Assembly (NCBI GenBank): GCA_016190925.1
Contig: JACPPQ010000017.1
Coordinates: forward strand, 1-43,423
Length of the DNA stretch: 43,423 nt
Direction of reading: 5' to 3'
DNA from: Chloroflexota bacterium
GTDB taxonomy: Bacteria; Chloroflexota; Dehalococcoidia; Dehalococcoidales; JACPPQ01
Shown here: in pieces, positions 8,958-18,892 of the stretch
Numbering within the stretch: position 1 is the first letter of the stretch
How the letters are laid out: each line of letters opens with the position of its first letter
Made by a program: the position numbers and the translations under genes
The notes under the pieces: model-generated
Told to the model about the DNA's origin: nothing
Database searches by the model: none
Seen by the model: the letters and a program-made list of their open reading frames with translations, nothing else

Positions 8958-9971
8958 ATGAAGAACTGGATTATTGCTCTGGTTATTATTGTGCTTGCGG
9001 CCGGAACAGGTACCAATGGGTATCTCTACTTGCAAACCAGCGATGGCCTTAGAAACGCACAGTCTGAAATAGCCAGTTTGAAAGCGGACGCCTCGGCTCT
9101 GCGGGCAAGTCTGGCGCAGACGGACGGCAACCTGAAGGACGCCCAGTCCCGGATATCGAGCGCGGAGACAGGCATCTCGGCTCTGGAGTTCAACCTTGCG
9201 CAGACGGGCAGCGGCCTGAAGGATGCCCAGTCACAGATAGCAAGCGTGAAAACGGATGTTTCATCTTTGCAAACGAGCCTTGCGCAGACGGATAACAGCT
9301 TGAAGAATGCCCAGGCCCAGCTCCTGGACGTGAAAACAGAAATTTCCAGGTTTGCTAACGTGCAGCAAGCCCTGGATGTGACTGCGAAAAGCATCGTTGA
9401 CAAGATTGAACCAGTGCTGGTAAGAATCAATGTCGGCGGCATAGGGTTCCAGGCGGCAGGTTCCGGGTTTCTGGTCAGTGGCAACGGCTATGTCTTGACC
9501 AACAACCACGTAATTGACGGTGCCACCTCAATCAGGATTACGCTGAACGACGGCCAGAGATTTTCGGCTTCCATAATCGATAGCAATGGCACAAGAGACC
9601 TGGCGCTACTCAAGATAGCTTCCACCCGCACCGACTTTCCACGGGCTGAGCTAGGCTCGTCATCGGGCGCAGCCGTAGGTCAGGGGGTGATAGCGGCAGG
9701 TTTTCCTCTCGGGACTGATTTACCGGGTCCGGCTACGTACACCAGGGGCATAATTTCCGCTTTCAGGACGATACGCAACCTTAAGTACATTCAGATGGAC
9801 GCTGCAATAAGCCCGGGCAATAGCGGTGGCGTCCTGGTCGATTTTGGTGGTAAGGTTATCGGGATAGTTTCTGCCGTAGTTATGCCGGGGAATCCGGAGG
9901 TTGAAGGCCTCGGCCTGGCTATCCCCATGGATGAGGCCAGGGCTTTTATCCAGAGGACAATCGGCCAGTGA
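8958..9971 (+). CDS. Membrane-anchored trypsin-like (S1C/HtrA-type) serine protease with coiled-coil stalk, no PDZ
   Basis: N-terminal hydrophobic segment; TNNHV, DLALL and GNSGG triad; GGAGG RBS. Confidence 0.88.
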   Translation: MKNWIIALVIIVLAAGTGTNGYLYLQTSDGLRNAQSEIASLKADASALRASLAQTDGNLKDAQSRISSAETGISALEFNLAQTGSGLKDAQSQIASVKTDVSSLQTSLAQTDNSLKNAQAQLLDVKTEISRFANVQQALDVTAKSIVDKIEPVLVRINVGGIGFQAAGSGFLVSGNGYVLTNNHVIDGATSIRITLNDGQRFSASIIDSNGTRDLALLKIASTRTDFPRAELGSSSGAAVGQGVIAAGFPLGTDLPGPATYTRGIISAFRTIRNLKYIQMDAAISPGNSGGVLVDFGGKVIGIVSAVVMPGNPEVEGLGLAIPMDEARAFIQRTIGQ

Positions 9972-10118
9972 GCTTGGGGATTTATCCTTTTCCCTCCCCC
10001 TTGTCTGCATTGCGTAGAGGGGCAGTGGTGAGGTCGTGACCCTGAAAGCTGACGGCTGAAAGCTTTTCAACTTAAGACGCACATACAAAAATTAGAGGGG
10101 TTAAAGCTTGAGATTCAG

Positions 10119-10595
10119 TTACTTGGTAGCCTGCTGCTTTTGTCGGAACCTGGACTCTCTCCTTGCCTGTGCCTGGCGATTTCTCCGCCTTTCATCTTCA
10201 GTCTCTGAAATGAGCGGCGGGGCCGACTTGGGTCTGCCCTCTTTGTCCAGAGCTACATAGGTCAAATAAGCCGAGGCAGTGTGCTGCACCTCTCCCGTGA
10301 GCAGAGTTTCGGCCTCCACCCGTACGCCAATCTCCATTGAGGTCTTCCCGACAAAGTTCAGGCTGGCTTTGAGAGTCAGGAGTTGACCGGCAAAAACGGG
10401 ATGATGAAAATCCACGCGGTCGATGGAGGCTGTGACCGCGTTAGAGCGTGCGTGCCTGATGGCCACTATCCCGGCTGCGGTATCTATCAGCTTCAGGATA
10501 ACTCCGCCATGCACATTACCTGCCACATTTACATCTTGCACCGTCATGTATTGGGTCATCACCAGGCTGCTTTCACTTACTTTCTTGCCTTCCAT
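10119..10595 (-). CDS. Hotdog-fold acyl-CoA thioesterase (YciA-like)
   Basis: NVAGNVHGG..LKLID, VTASID, GKTSMEIGV. Confidence 0.92.
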   Translation of the reverse strand: MEGKKVSESSLVMTQYMTVQDVNVAGNVHGGVILKLIDTAAGIVAIRHARSNAVTASIDRVDFHHPVFAGQLLTLKASLNFVGKTSMEIGVRVEAETLLTGEVQHTASAYLTYVALDKEGRPKSAPPLISETEDERRRNRQAQARRESRFRQKQQATK

Positions 10596-10753
10596 AAGTT
10601 TTTAGCCTCCTTCGTATCACTCACCCTTCCGAGAGGGTAATCAAGCTGTTCAAATCATACCACATTCAAGTAAAACCAGGAGAGTGCTATAATCTTTTTA
10701 TACGGCTCTGCCTTCAAGAAAAACGACCCGGTTCGTAACGAGGTGAGGTTGAT

Positions 10754-11524
10754 ATGATAGCCTTCCAAATCGGCCCTTTCACTGTGGCGTATTACGGCAT
10801 TATGATTGTCACCGGCGTCATTGCCGCCACACTGGTGTCTTTGCTCGAGGCCAGGAGAAAGGGCGAGGATACCCAGCATCTCTACAACATCCTTCTGGTC
10901 ATTCTGCCGTTGGGTTTTATTGGTGCTCGCGCCTATCACGTGATTGACCAGTGGGCTTATTACAGCCAGCATCCGGCCCAGATTTTTGGGGGAGCGGGGT
11001 TGGGCATATTCGGCGCCGTAATAGGTGGAGCCATCGGGCTTACAATCTACGCCATTGTCCGTAAACTGAACGTGCGGCGCTGGCTGGACATCGTCGCCCC
11101 GGGGGTAATTCTGGCCCAGGCTATCGGGCGGTGGGGCAACTTCTTCAACCAGGAACTCTACGGCTACCCCACCGATTTACCCTGGGGAATCTACATCGCC
11201 CCTGAGCACAGAGTACCCGGTTTTGAGACGTACACCCATTTTCAACCACTTTTCTTCTACGAATTCCTGTGGAATTTGTCCGGCTGTATTTTCCTGCTTT
11301 TAGTAGCGCGAAAATTACAGAAGCGCCTGGTGGATGGCGATATCGCGCTGCTTTACGTGATGTGGTACGGGGTGGGGCGGTTCTTCCTGGAGGGTCTCAA
11401 GATTAGTGTGTGGACTCTTGAAGGCATTCCCACGGCAAGATGGATATCAGCCATCGGGATTGCAGTGGCGGTCTTAATCATGATTCTTCAGCATCGCCGT
11501 CAAAAACCGGCTGCGGCATCATAG
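10754..11524 (+). CDS. lgt: Prolipoprotein diacylglyceryl transferase
   Basis: YG near the N-terminus, GARAYHV, GRWGNFFNQELYG, RFFLE. Confidence 0.93.
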   Translation: MIAFQIGPFTVAYYGIMIVTGVIAATLVSLLEARRKGEDTQHLYNILLVILPLGFIGARAYHVIDQWAYYSQHPAQIFGGAGLGIFGAVIGGAIGLTIYAIVRKLNVRRWLDIVAPGVILAQAIGRWGNFFNQELYGYPTDLPWGIYIAPEHRVPGFETYTHFQPLFFYEFLWNLSGCIFLLLVARKLQKRLVDGDIALLYVMWYGVGRFFLEGLKISVWTLEGIPTARWISAIGIAVAVLIMILQHRRQKPAAAS

Positions 11525-11748
11525 AAACGATTCTTCGGGGCCAGATTGTAGCAGTTGCATCGCCCCGCTCCCTAGAGTAATATTAGTTTAGGTTCGGCTG
11601 CGAAGCATTGTGAAATGTGAAAACCGGCAAATTATTTTGATAGTTAAGCTGTTGCTGCGCACTGTGCACAGTTGTTTACATAATCTACGTTAACCCCTCG
11701 CCTCAAAAGCGCTGAGCCAATTCTTTTCCCGGAGTGGAGTTTTCTTTA

Positions 11749-13482
11749 ATGATTTGGAATTCATCCCAAAAACCGTCCGATTCTTTCACAGTTGCCTTTT
11801 TCTCGATGGAGTTCGGCATCGACCCGGCCATATCGACATACAGCGGCGGTCTGGGGATACTGGCAGGTGATAACGTCCGTGCTGCGGCGGACCTCGGCCT
11901 GCCGATGGCGGGTGTAACCCTGCTGCACCGGAAGGGCTATTTCCGGCAGCATCTTGATAGCTGCGGCAATCAGTCCGAGATTGAAGCTACCTGGTCCCCT
12001 GAAGCACTCCTGGAGCGGTTGCCCGTCCGGGTCCTGGTGCCCATCGCAGGCCGCCAGGTGCAGGTGCAAGCATGGCGTTATCTGGTGCGGGGACAGTTCG
12101 GAGATACCGTGCCCATCTACTTTCTGGACACCGACCTGCTTGAAAACAGCCCGTGGGACCGCAGTCTTTCCGGTCACCTCTATGGTGGCGATGCCTCCTA
12201 CCGGCTATGCCAGGAAATAGTGCTGGGTTTGGGCGGAGTAGCAATGCTGCGCGCCCTCGGCTATCGCAAGGTCCAGGCATATCACATGAATGAAGGACAT
12301 TCTGCCCTTGCCGTTATTGCGCTTCTGGAAGAACAGTGCTGGGGCCGAGGCCTCAGCGCAGCTACCAATGAAGACCGGGAGGCCGTTCGCCAGCACTGCG
12401 TATTTACCACTCATACCCCCCTGAGGGCAGGCCACGACGAGTTTCCCCTCAGCCTGGTCCTGGAAATGCTGGGGGAAGAGCGCACCAATTTTCTGATGGG
12501 GACCCAGTGCTGCCCCAATGGTTCGCTGAACATGACCAACCTGGCGCTGGACTTCTCCCGCTATATCAACGGTGTCTCGATGCGGCATGAGAAAGTATCC
12601 CGTACCGTGTTTTCAAATTATCCCATCGATGCCGTCACCAATGGCGTTCACGCTACCACCTGGACATCGCCGCCTTTCCAGCGCCTTTACGACCGTTACA
12701 TTCCCGGATGGCGCCGTGATAATCAGTATTTGAGATATTCTGTAAGCATACCCCTGGAGGATATATGGCAGGCGCACATCGAGGCCAAGCAGGAAATGAT
12801 TCAAGAGGTGGAGCGACGAACAGGAGCGCGCCTCGACCCAAAGGTGATGACGTTTGGTTTTGCCCGGCGCGCCGCCCCTTATAAGCGCAGCGACCTCATT
12901 TTCCGCGACCTCGAGCGGCTCAGGCAGATAGCCAGGGAAGCAGGGCCGTTTCAGATTCTGTTCGGCGGGAAAGCCCATCCGAGAGACACCTGGGGCAAAG
13001 ACATCATACGGCACATCTTCCAGGCGGGAGAATCTTTAAAGGATGTCATACCTGTGGTTTACCTCGAGGAGTATGACATGGTGCTGGCGAAGTACCTGGT
13101 TTCGGGCGTAGACGTGTGGTTGAATACCCCTCATAAGCCGCTGGAAGCCTCCGGTACCAGCGGGATGAAAGCAGCCCTCAACGGGGTGCCCAGCCTGAGT
13201 ATACTGGACGGATGGTGGATTGAAGGATACATAGAAGGTGTAACCGGCTGGTCAATCGGAGAAGAATGGCAGTCTGAGAGCAACCCCGAAAAAGACTCTC
13301 TCTTTCTGTATGACAAGCTGGAGCACGTAGTATTGCCCACTTTCTACCAGCGCCCCAGCAATTTTGCCAGCATGATGCGTTCAGCGATTGCCTTCAATGG
13401 TTCTTTTTTCACCGCCCAGCGCATGCTATCGCAGTATCTTCAGAATGCTTACCTGCATCCGGCGAATGGGACAAGGCCGTAA
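11749..13482 (+). CDS. glgP: Alpha-glucan phosphorylase, short form
   Basis: FSMEFG..YSGGLGILAGD, MNEGH, TNGVH, GKAHP, EASGTSGMK (PLP lysine); start uncertain (11734 or 11749). Confidence 0.9.
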   Translation: MIWNSSQKPSDSFTVAFFSMEFGIDPAISTYSGGLGILAGDNVRAAADLGLPMAGVTLLHRKGYFRQHLDSCGNQSEIEATWSPEALLERLPVRVLVPIAGRQVQVQAWRYLVRGQFGDTVPIYFLDTDLLENSPWDRSLSGHLYGGDASYRLCQEIVLGLGGVAMLRALGYRKVQAYHMNEGHSALAVIALLEEQCWGRGLSAATNEDREAVRQHCVFTTHTPLRAGHDEFPLSLVLEMLGEERTNFLMGTQCCPNGSLNMTNLALDFSRYINGVSMRHEKVSRTVFSNYPIDAVTNGVHATTWTSPPFQRLYDRYIPGWRRDNQYLRYSVSIPLEDIWQAHIEAKQEMIQEVERRTGARLDPKVMTFGFARRAAPYKRSDLIFRDLERLRQIAREAGPFQILFGGKAHPRDTWGKDIIRHIFQAGESLKDVIPVVYLEEYDMVLAKYLVSGVDVWLNTPHKPLEASGTSGMKAALNGVPSLSILDGWWIEGYIEGVTGWSIGEEWQSESNPEKDSLFLYDKLEHVVLPTFYQRPSNFASMMRSAIAFNGSFFTAQRMLSQYLQNAYLHPANGTRP

Positions 13483-13578
13483 AGAGCTATCAGCTGTTAG
13501 CTTTTAGCTTTCAGTCCCGCCCCTTCTTCTGGGCTGACTGCTGATAGCTGGTTTCTCGCCTGTTTCCCACAAGGCCTA

Positions 13579-13607
13579 TTGACATTTTCGTCCCATCCGT
13601 ATATCTT
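13579..13607 (+). promoter_or_regulatory. Sigma70-type promoter for plsY
   Basis: TTGACA-17 bp-TATCTT. Confidence 0.65.
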
Positions 13608-13661
13608 GTGAGAAAACCTGTCTCGCCATATTACTGTTGTAGTTGCATCGAAACTCTCAAA

Positions 13662-14348
13662 ATGGGAAACAACGTCTGGCTAATCCTGATCGCAGTCAGC
13701 GCCTACATAATAGGCTCGATTCCAACTGCATATTTTGTGGTTGGGCGGATGATAGGCACGGACATCAGGCAGTCCGGCTCGCACAACATAGGGGCCATGA
13801 ACACCTTCCGCCTCATTCAGGAGAATAGGTCTACCAAAGCCGGCATGGCCGGTTTCTTTCTGGTGCTGGTCGGGGACGTGGGAAAGGGTGCGCTGGCTGT
13901 TTTTCTGGCTCAGTGGCTGAGCTTTCTTGACTATGAACCCGGACTGGCAACGATTATCGCGGGCTTTTTTGCCGTGGCAGGTCATAACTACTCTATATTT
14001 ATGAGGTTCCAGGGGGGAAGAGGCCTGGCAACAATCGGCGGAGTAGTGATGGCGCTGAATCCTGCATGGTTCTTTCTCAGTGTTGCTATCCTTCTGATTA
14101 CAATTTTTGCTTTTCAATATTTGGTGGTGGGCAAGATGAACTGGGGCAGTTTCTCCGAGATTTTTTCGGTGGTGGGCTCTCAGTTAATCGGACGGGTAGC
14201 GGGTCTCATCTTCGTAGTTATAGCTATATATTTCTTCAACCCCGGTATTTTTCTCCCCACTCTTGCCGGAATGGTCCTGGTTTACGTAAGACACGTCGAT
14301 AGGGTCAAGGCTTATATCATAGAATTGCGAACAGCAAGGAAGAAATGA
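13662..14348 (+). CDS. plsY: Glycerol-3-phosphate acyltransferase PlsY family
   Basis: YIIGSIP, GSHNIGAMN, DVGKG, GHNYS..F.GGRG. Confidence 0.85.
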   Translation: MGNNVWLILIAVSAYIIGSIPTAYFVVGRMIGTDIRQSGSHNIGAMNTFRLIQENRSTKAGMAGFFLVLVGDVGKGALAVFLAQWLSFLDYEPGLATIIAGFFAVAGHNYSIFMRFQGGRGLATIGGVVMALNPAWFFLSVAILLITIFAFQYLVVGKMNWGSFSEIFSVVGSQLIGRVAGLIFVVIAIYFFNPGIFLPTLAGMVLVYVRHVDRVKAYIIELRTARKK

Positions 14349-14367
14349 GGACAGGACAAAATCTGAA

Positions 14368-14440
14368 TGCCCCCAACGGAATTCGAATCCGTGTTGACGG
14401 CTTGAAGGGCCGCTGTCCTAGGCCACTAGACGATGGGGGC
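14368..14440 (-). tRNA. tRNA-Glu (TTC), CCA not encoded
   Basis: GCCCCCA/TGGGGGC acceptor stem, TAGTGG D-loop, GCGGC-CCTTCAA-GCCGT anticodon arm, TTCGAAT T-loop. Confidence 0.93.
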
Positions 14441-14596
14441 TTGACCTTGAAAAGTATAGCAAAAATGGCCTGACTCTACAAATAAAGACTCAAGGGACCG
14501 TCCTTGGCTCTGCAAGAGTGGTAGGACGCTTTCAACTATGATAGAATAAAGAACGAATCAACACCGAGCTATGGGAAGATAACTGGAGGTAGATAG

Positions 14597-14869
14597 TTGA
14601 GCAAATCAGCACAAAAGCAGGTGCGTGCATCCGCCAAAAAGCAACTGCGAAACAAATCCGGGCGTAGCCTGGTGAAGACCAACATTACCAAAGCAGAGAA
14701 ACTCACGCTCGGCGGACAAATCGAGTCCGCAGAAACAACAGTGGCAGTGGCCATCAGCTCCCTGGACAAGGCAGCGGAGAAAGGGATTATCCACCGCAAC
14801 AATGCTTCCCGGCGCAAATCGCGGCTGATGAAGAAGCTAAACCAGGCCAGGGCAGCTTCAACCAAGTAA
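14597..14869 (+). CDS. rpsT: 30S ribosomal protein S20
   Basis: KSAQKQVR...LDKAAEKGIIHRNNASRRKSRL; GGAGGT RBS with TTG start. Confidence 0.95.
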   Translation: MSKSAQKQVRASAKKQLRNKSGRSLVKTNITKAEKLTLGGQIESAETTVAVAISSLDKAAEKGIIHRNNASRRKSRLMKKLNQARAASTK

Positions 14870-14899
14870 CCCACGACCATAATTTTTTCTTTGAAACTA

Positions 14900-14948
14900 T
14901 TGACAACACGGGGTGGTTATTGTAAAGTTATTCACAGAACAAACGTTC
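14900..14948 (+). promoter_or_regulatory. lexA promoter with LexA (SOS) box
   Basis: TTGACA-17-TAAAGT, then GAAC-AAAC-GTTC at 14937-14948. Confidence 0.85.
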
Positions 14949-14974
14949 GTTATCACTGCCGAGGAGTTGTGCCG

Positions 14975-15631
14975 ATGAAACGCCAAAGCAAAGCGTTATC
15001 TACAAAGCAGAAGAAAATCTTCGAATTCATCCGTGATTTTCTAAGGGAGAGGGGGTATCCGCCCACCGTTCGCGATATCGTGCACGGCTGCGGGATTAGC
15101 TCCACCTCAGTGGCAAGCTATAATCTCAACATACTGAAGAACAAGGGCTATATTCGCCGCTCCCCGGATATATCGCGCGGTATAGAGCTGCTTGACAGCT
15201 CAGTTGCGCTTCGCAACAAAGTACAGGTGCCTGTAATCGGACAAATTGCAGCAGGAAAACCGATACCTGTGCCGGATTCCGATACCTGGGATGTCACTGC
15301 TTCCGCTGAAACCATCGAGGTGCCCCAAAGCCTTACCCGGGGCAAAGAAGGAATCTATGCCCTTAAGGTCAAAGGATTGTCCATGATTGATGCTTTAATT
15401 AATGATGGCGATATTGTCCTCATGCAGCAGATGAGCGTGGTAGAAAACGGCGAGATGGCGGCAATATGGCTCAAGTCAGAAAAAGAGGCAACACTGAAGA
15501 AATTCTACTATGACAAGCGTGGCCGCGTGCGCCTGCAACCTGCCAACAGCCAGATGAAACCGATATATGTTAATCCGGAGAATGTTGAGATTCAGGGCAA
15601 GGTCATTGGGGTTATCAGAGGACTGACATAA
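14975..15631 (+). CDS. lexA: SOS repressor LexA
   Basis: GYPPTVRDI wHTH, IAAG cleavage site, GLSM Ser, TLKK Lys; GAGGAG RBS. Confidence 0.96.
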   Translation: MKRQSKALSTKQKKIFEFIRDFLRERGYPPTVRDIVHGCGISSTSVASYNLNILKNKGYIRRSPDISRGIELLDSSVALRNKVQVPVIGQIAAGKPIPVPDSDTWDVTASAETIEVPQSLTRGKEGIYALKVKGLSMIDALINDGDIVLMQQMSVVENGEMAAIWLKSEKEATLKKFYYDKRGRVRLQPANSQMKPIYVNPENVEIQGKVIGVIRGLT

Positions 15632-15692
15632 TCAAGACCCCCCTCATGCCCTCTTCCACTGGTCGAAGATAAAGATTACGGCGAGGATGCCA

Positions 15693-15847
15693 CTAGTGTG
15701 GTGTCTCGTAAGTGACTTGACAGATAACGTCTCCCTGGTAGGAGAGAGTTAAGCTGATGGTGAAATCATAAAACACCCCTCACTTACGTCTCTCCCGCAA
15801 GGGGAGAGAGAAGGCCATGTGAAGCTATTTGAGAGACACTAGACTAG
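15693..15847. mobile_element. CTAG-bounded MITE-like element carrying a REP doublet
   Basis: ~30-bp imperfect terminal inverted repeats (ctagtgtggtgtctcgtaagtgacttgaca / tgtgaagctatttgagagacactagactag). Confidence 0.65.
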
Positions 15848-18000
15848 CTTCGAGTCTGCCAGCGAGCGGGTTCCGGCGCTATGCACTTGGTGGCGTACTC
15901 CTTGAGCATTCGCCGGGCGGAGAAACGCGGCGCTGCTGTGCGTATGGACTCTTTGACCATAGCAATCCAACCGCGCGGAATGCCGTTGCGGTCGCGCGTA
16001 TAGTACAGAGGCACAACCTCATCTTCCAGCAAGCGGTACAGCGTCTCAGCGTCCGCCCTGTCTTCCTCTTGCGAGTCTGAGGGGACTTGTTCGCTGCCGA
16101 TTGCCCAGCCGTTTTTACCGTTGTACCCTTCATACCACCAGCCATCGAGGACACTCATGTGAAGCGCACCGTTCAAACAAGCCTTCATACCGCTGGTGCC
16201 GGATGCTTCTTGCAGGCGTCGCGGAGCATTCAGCCACACATCCACGCCTGCAATCAGGTCGCGAGCCATGTGCATGTCGTAGTCTTCAACAAAGGCAATC
16301 CTGCCCTGAAAACCATCGTCTTGAGCCAGGTTGTATACCCGCTGAAGCAGTATTTTGGACGGGAAATCAGCAGGATGGGACTTGCCTGCGAAAATAAATT
16401 GCACCGGACGCTCCCGATTGGTGATAATCCGCTTCAATCTTTCCGTGTCAGTGAAGATTAGCGTCGCGCGTTTATACTCGCTGAAGCGGCGAGCGAAGGC
16501 AATGGTCAGCACATCAGGGTCAAGGAACATCCCTCCTACCAGCATCTGCTTGGGCGACATGCCTTCCTGGACCCACCGTTTTCGCACATGCTCTCGGAGA
16601 GTCCCGGCAAGCTTGCGGTCCAGTTGACGGCGATACCGCCAGAGCTCTTCATCAGGGATATCCATGACACGCTCCCAAAGTTTGGGGTCATCGTGCTTCT
16701 TTATCCAGTCAGCGCCGAGGTATCTGGCATACAGACGGTACATCTCTGGCGATATCCAGGTTGGGACATGGATGCCATTGGTCACGCTGCCGATAGGCAC
16801 TTTCTCTTCCGGCAGGTCCGGCCACAGAGTATGCCACATCCTTTGCGTCACCTTCCCGTGCAGTTTGCTCACAGCGCAGCGCTGGCCGGAGAGCTTCATG
16901 GCAAGGGCAGTCATATTGAGAACGTCGCTTCCGGGATTGTCCTGCCCCAGCTCGAAGAACTCCTTCCACGAGATTCCCAGAGCCTGGCAACAGGTGTTGA
17001 GATACCTTTTAACAGATGAAACCGGAAACATGTCGTGGCCTGCCAGCACGGGCGTGTGAGTGGTAAAGATGGTAGCAGCCCGTACCTTTTCGACAGCATC
17101 GGAGAAAGACAGCCCCTTTACCAGTTCCTCACGAATACGTTCCAGCATCATGAAAGCGGTATGACCCTCGTTGGCATGCCAGAGAGCGGGATTGATGCCG
17201 AGCGCCCGCAGGGCGCGCACACCCCCGATACCGAGCACAACTTCCTGCTGTATGCGCAGTTCTCTGTCAGCCACATAAAGCCGCGCTGATAGCTGGCGAT
17301 AGGGCACGGGGTTTTCATCGAGGTTGGTATCAAGCAGGTAGAGTTTTGTCCGTCCCACTCGCACCAGCCATACCCCGATCTCCAGGGTAACATCCCCAAC
17401 TTCAACCTTCGCAATAGCAACATCCCCCTTGGCAGAAAGGACGCGGCTAATTGGTGCCTCGCTAAAGTTAAGCTGACGGTATATTTCATTTTGCCAGCCG
17501 TCAGGTGCGACACGCTGCTGAAAGTACCCTTGAGGATACATGAATCCCACAGCGACCATCGGGAGTCCCAATTCGCCGGCTTCTTTGCAGATGTCACCCG
17601 CCAGGACTCCCAGTCCTCCGGCATACATAGGCAGGGAGCTATGAATGGCAAACTCCATTGAAAAATAGGCCATAACATCTTTGACCAGTCCCGGATTAGT
17701 GGAGCCCAGCCAGGTTGCCGAGGTTGTCATATCATCGTCAAAGGCTGCCATTACCGAATCATACAGGGCAAGAAAATCCGGGTCTCCGGCAGCTGCCCGC
17801 AGGACGTCCGGGCTGACCTCACGCAATAGCTTGACCGGGTTGTGGCCGGTTACTCGCCACAGGCGAAAGTCCAGAGAGCGGAATAACTGACGCGCCTGGT
17901 TATGCCAGCTCCACCACAAGTTATAGGCAAGTTCGTCAAGCCTGCCGATGCGTTTCGGAATCCTGGTATTGAGTTCTACGTCCCCGGCGGTCGGGTTCAT
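15844..18000 (-). CDS. glgP: Alpha-glucan (glycogen) phosphorylase
   Basis: LAYNLWWSW N-terminal domain, YFSMEF..YAGGLGVLAGD, NEGH, EASGTSGMK. Confidence 0.95.
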   Translation of the reverse strand: MNPTAGDVELNTRIPKRIGRLDELAYNLWWSWHNQARQLFRSLDFRLWRVTGHNPVKLLREVSPDVLRAAAGDPDFLALYDSVMAAFDDDMTTSATWLGSTNPGLVKDVMAYFSMEFAIHSSLPMYAGGLGVLAGDICKEAGELGLPMVAVGFMYPQGYFQQRVAPDGWQNEIYRQLNFSEAPISRVLSAKGDVAIAKVEVGDVTLEIGVWLVRVGRTKLYLLDTNLDENPVPYRQLSARLYVADRELRIQQEVVLGIGGVRALRALGINPALWHANEGHTAFMMLERIREELVKGLSFSDAVEKVRAATIFTTHTPVLAGHDMFPVSSVKRYLNTCCQALGISWKEFFELGQDNPGSDVLNMTALAMKLSGQRCAVSKLHGKVTQRMWHTLWPDLPEEKVPIGSVTNGIHVPTWISPEMYRLYARYLGADWIKKHDDPKLWERVMDIPDEELWRYRRQLDRKLAGTLREHVRKRWVQEGMSPKQMLVGGMFLDPDVLTIAFARRFSEYKRATLIFTDTERLKRIITNRERPVQFIFAGKSHPADFPSKILLQRVYNLAQDDGFQGRIAFVEDYDMHMARDLIAGVDVWLNAPRRLQEASGTSGMKACLNGALHMSVLDGWWYEGYNGKNGWAIGSEQVPSDSQEEDRADAETLYRLLEDEVVPLYYTRDRNGIPRGWIAMVKESIRTAAPRFSARRMLKEYATKCIAPEPARWQTRS

Positions 18001-18144
18001 TCACTACCTCATTGTCGAATTTTTGTTTTCAGGACTAACATTTATCTTAGCACAGATGAGGATAACTGAAAAACATAAGAAGATAGAGAAAGGTATCAGG
18101 GAGACCAAAATCCCAGCGCTGAACCGCTACGACGATACGCTGAG

Positions 18145-18864
18145 TTATCTCTGTTCAAAGTCCTTGAAGCGATAGCCGATGCCCCGCTCGCCGAGGATGT
18201 ACTTCGGATGTTTGGGGTCTTCCTCGATTTTGCGACGGAGATACGTTATGTAAAGCCACAGGTACTGGTCTTCATCCCGATATTCGTGACCCCACACTCT
18301 TCTCAGCAGGGTTTCATGGGTAAGAACACGACCGGCATTGCTCACCAGGTGATAGAGAAGGCGATATTCAGTAGGCCGCAGGTGGATTTCTTTGCCCCTG
18401 ACCATCACCTTTCGCCGGGTGAAATCGATTGAAAGGGCATCATCCACCTTTATTTCGGTCTTGGGCGCCGGGGTAGGCATTTCCGCCCGACGCAGGGCGG
18501 CTTTCACCCTGGAAACCAACTCACGCGGGCTGAACGGCTTGGTAACGTAGTCGTCGGCGCCCAACTCAAGCCCCTTCACCTTGTCCGGTTCCTCGCCCTT
18601 GACCGTGAGCATGATGACCGGTATGGTGGATACCTCGCGAATCCGTTTGAGGGTCTCGAAGCCATCCATTTCAGGCATCATCACATCCAGAATAGCCAGG
18701 TCAGGCAGCTCCTCGGTGACCTTTCTGAGCGCCTCATAGCCGTTGTTGGCGCCGGACACCTGGTATCCCTCCAGTTCAAGGTTCATGCCTACGGCCTCGA
18801 CAATGCGAGGCTCATCGTCTACAACCAGAATGGTCTTGCCCCGTTTTGCTAGTGGCTCATTCAT
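18145..18864 (-). CDS. OmpR/KdpE-family response regulator
   Basis: [21 protein letters not shown], winged helix ending RGIGYRF. Confidence 0.95.
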   Translation of the reverse strand: MNEPLAKRGKTILVVDDEPRIVEAVGMNLELEGYQVSGANNGYEALRKVTEELPDLAILDVMMPEMDGFETLKRIREVSTIPVIMLTVKGEEPDKVKGLELGADDYVTKPFSPRELVSRVKAALRRAEMPTPAPKTEIKVDDALSIDFTRRKVMVRGKEIHLRPTEYRLLYHLVSNAGRVLTHETLLRRVWGHEYRDEDQYLWLYITYLRRKIEEDPKHPKYILGERGIGYRFKDFEQR

Positions 18865-18892
18865 ATGAAATCCTTTAATTAGCTTTCAGCTT

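Noticed and set aside
14401-14410. Reading the tRNA anticodon as UCA (Sec/opal suppressor)
   Set aside because: Stem register GCGGC/GCCGT centres TTC; short variable arm and Glu-type body
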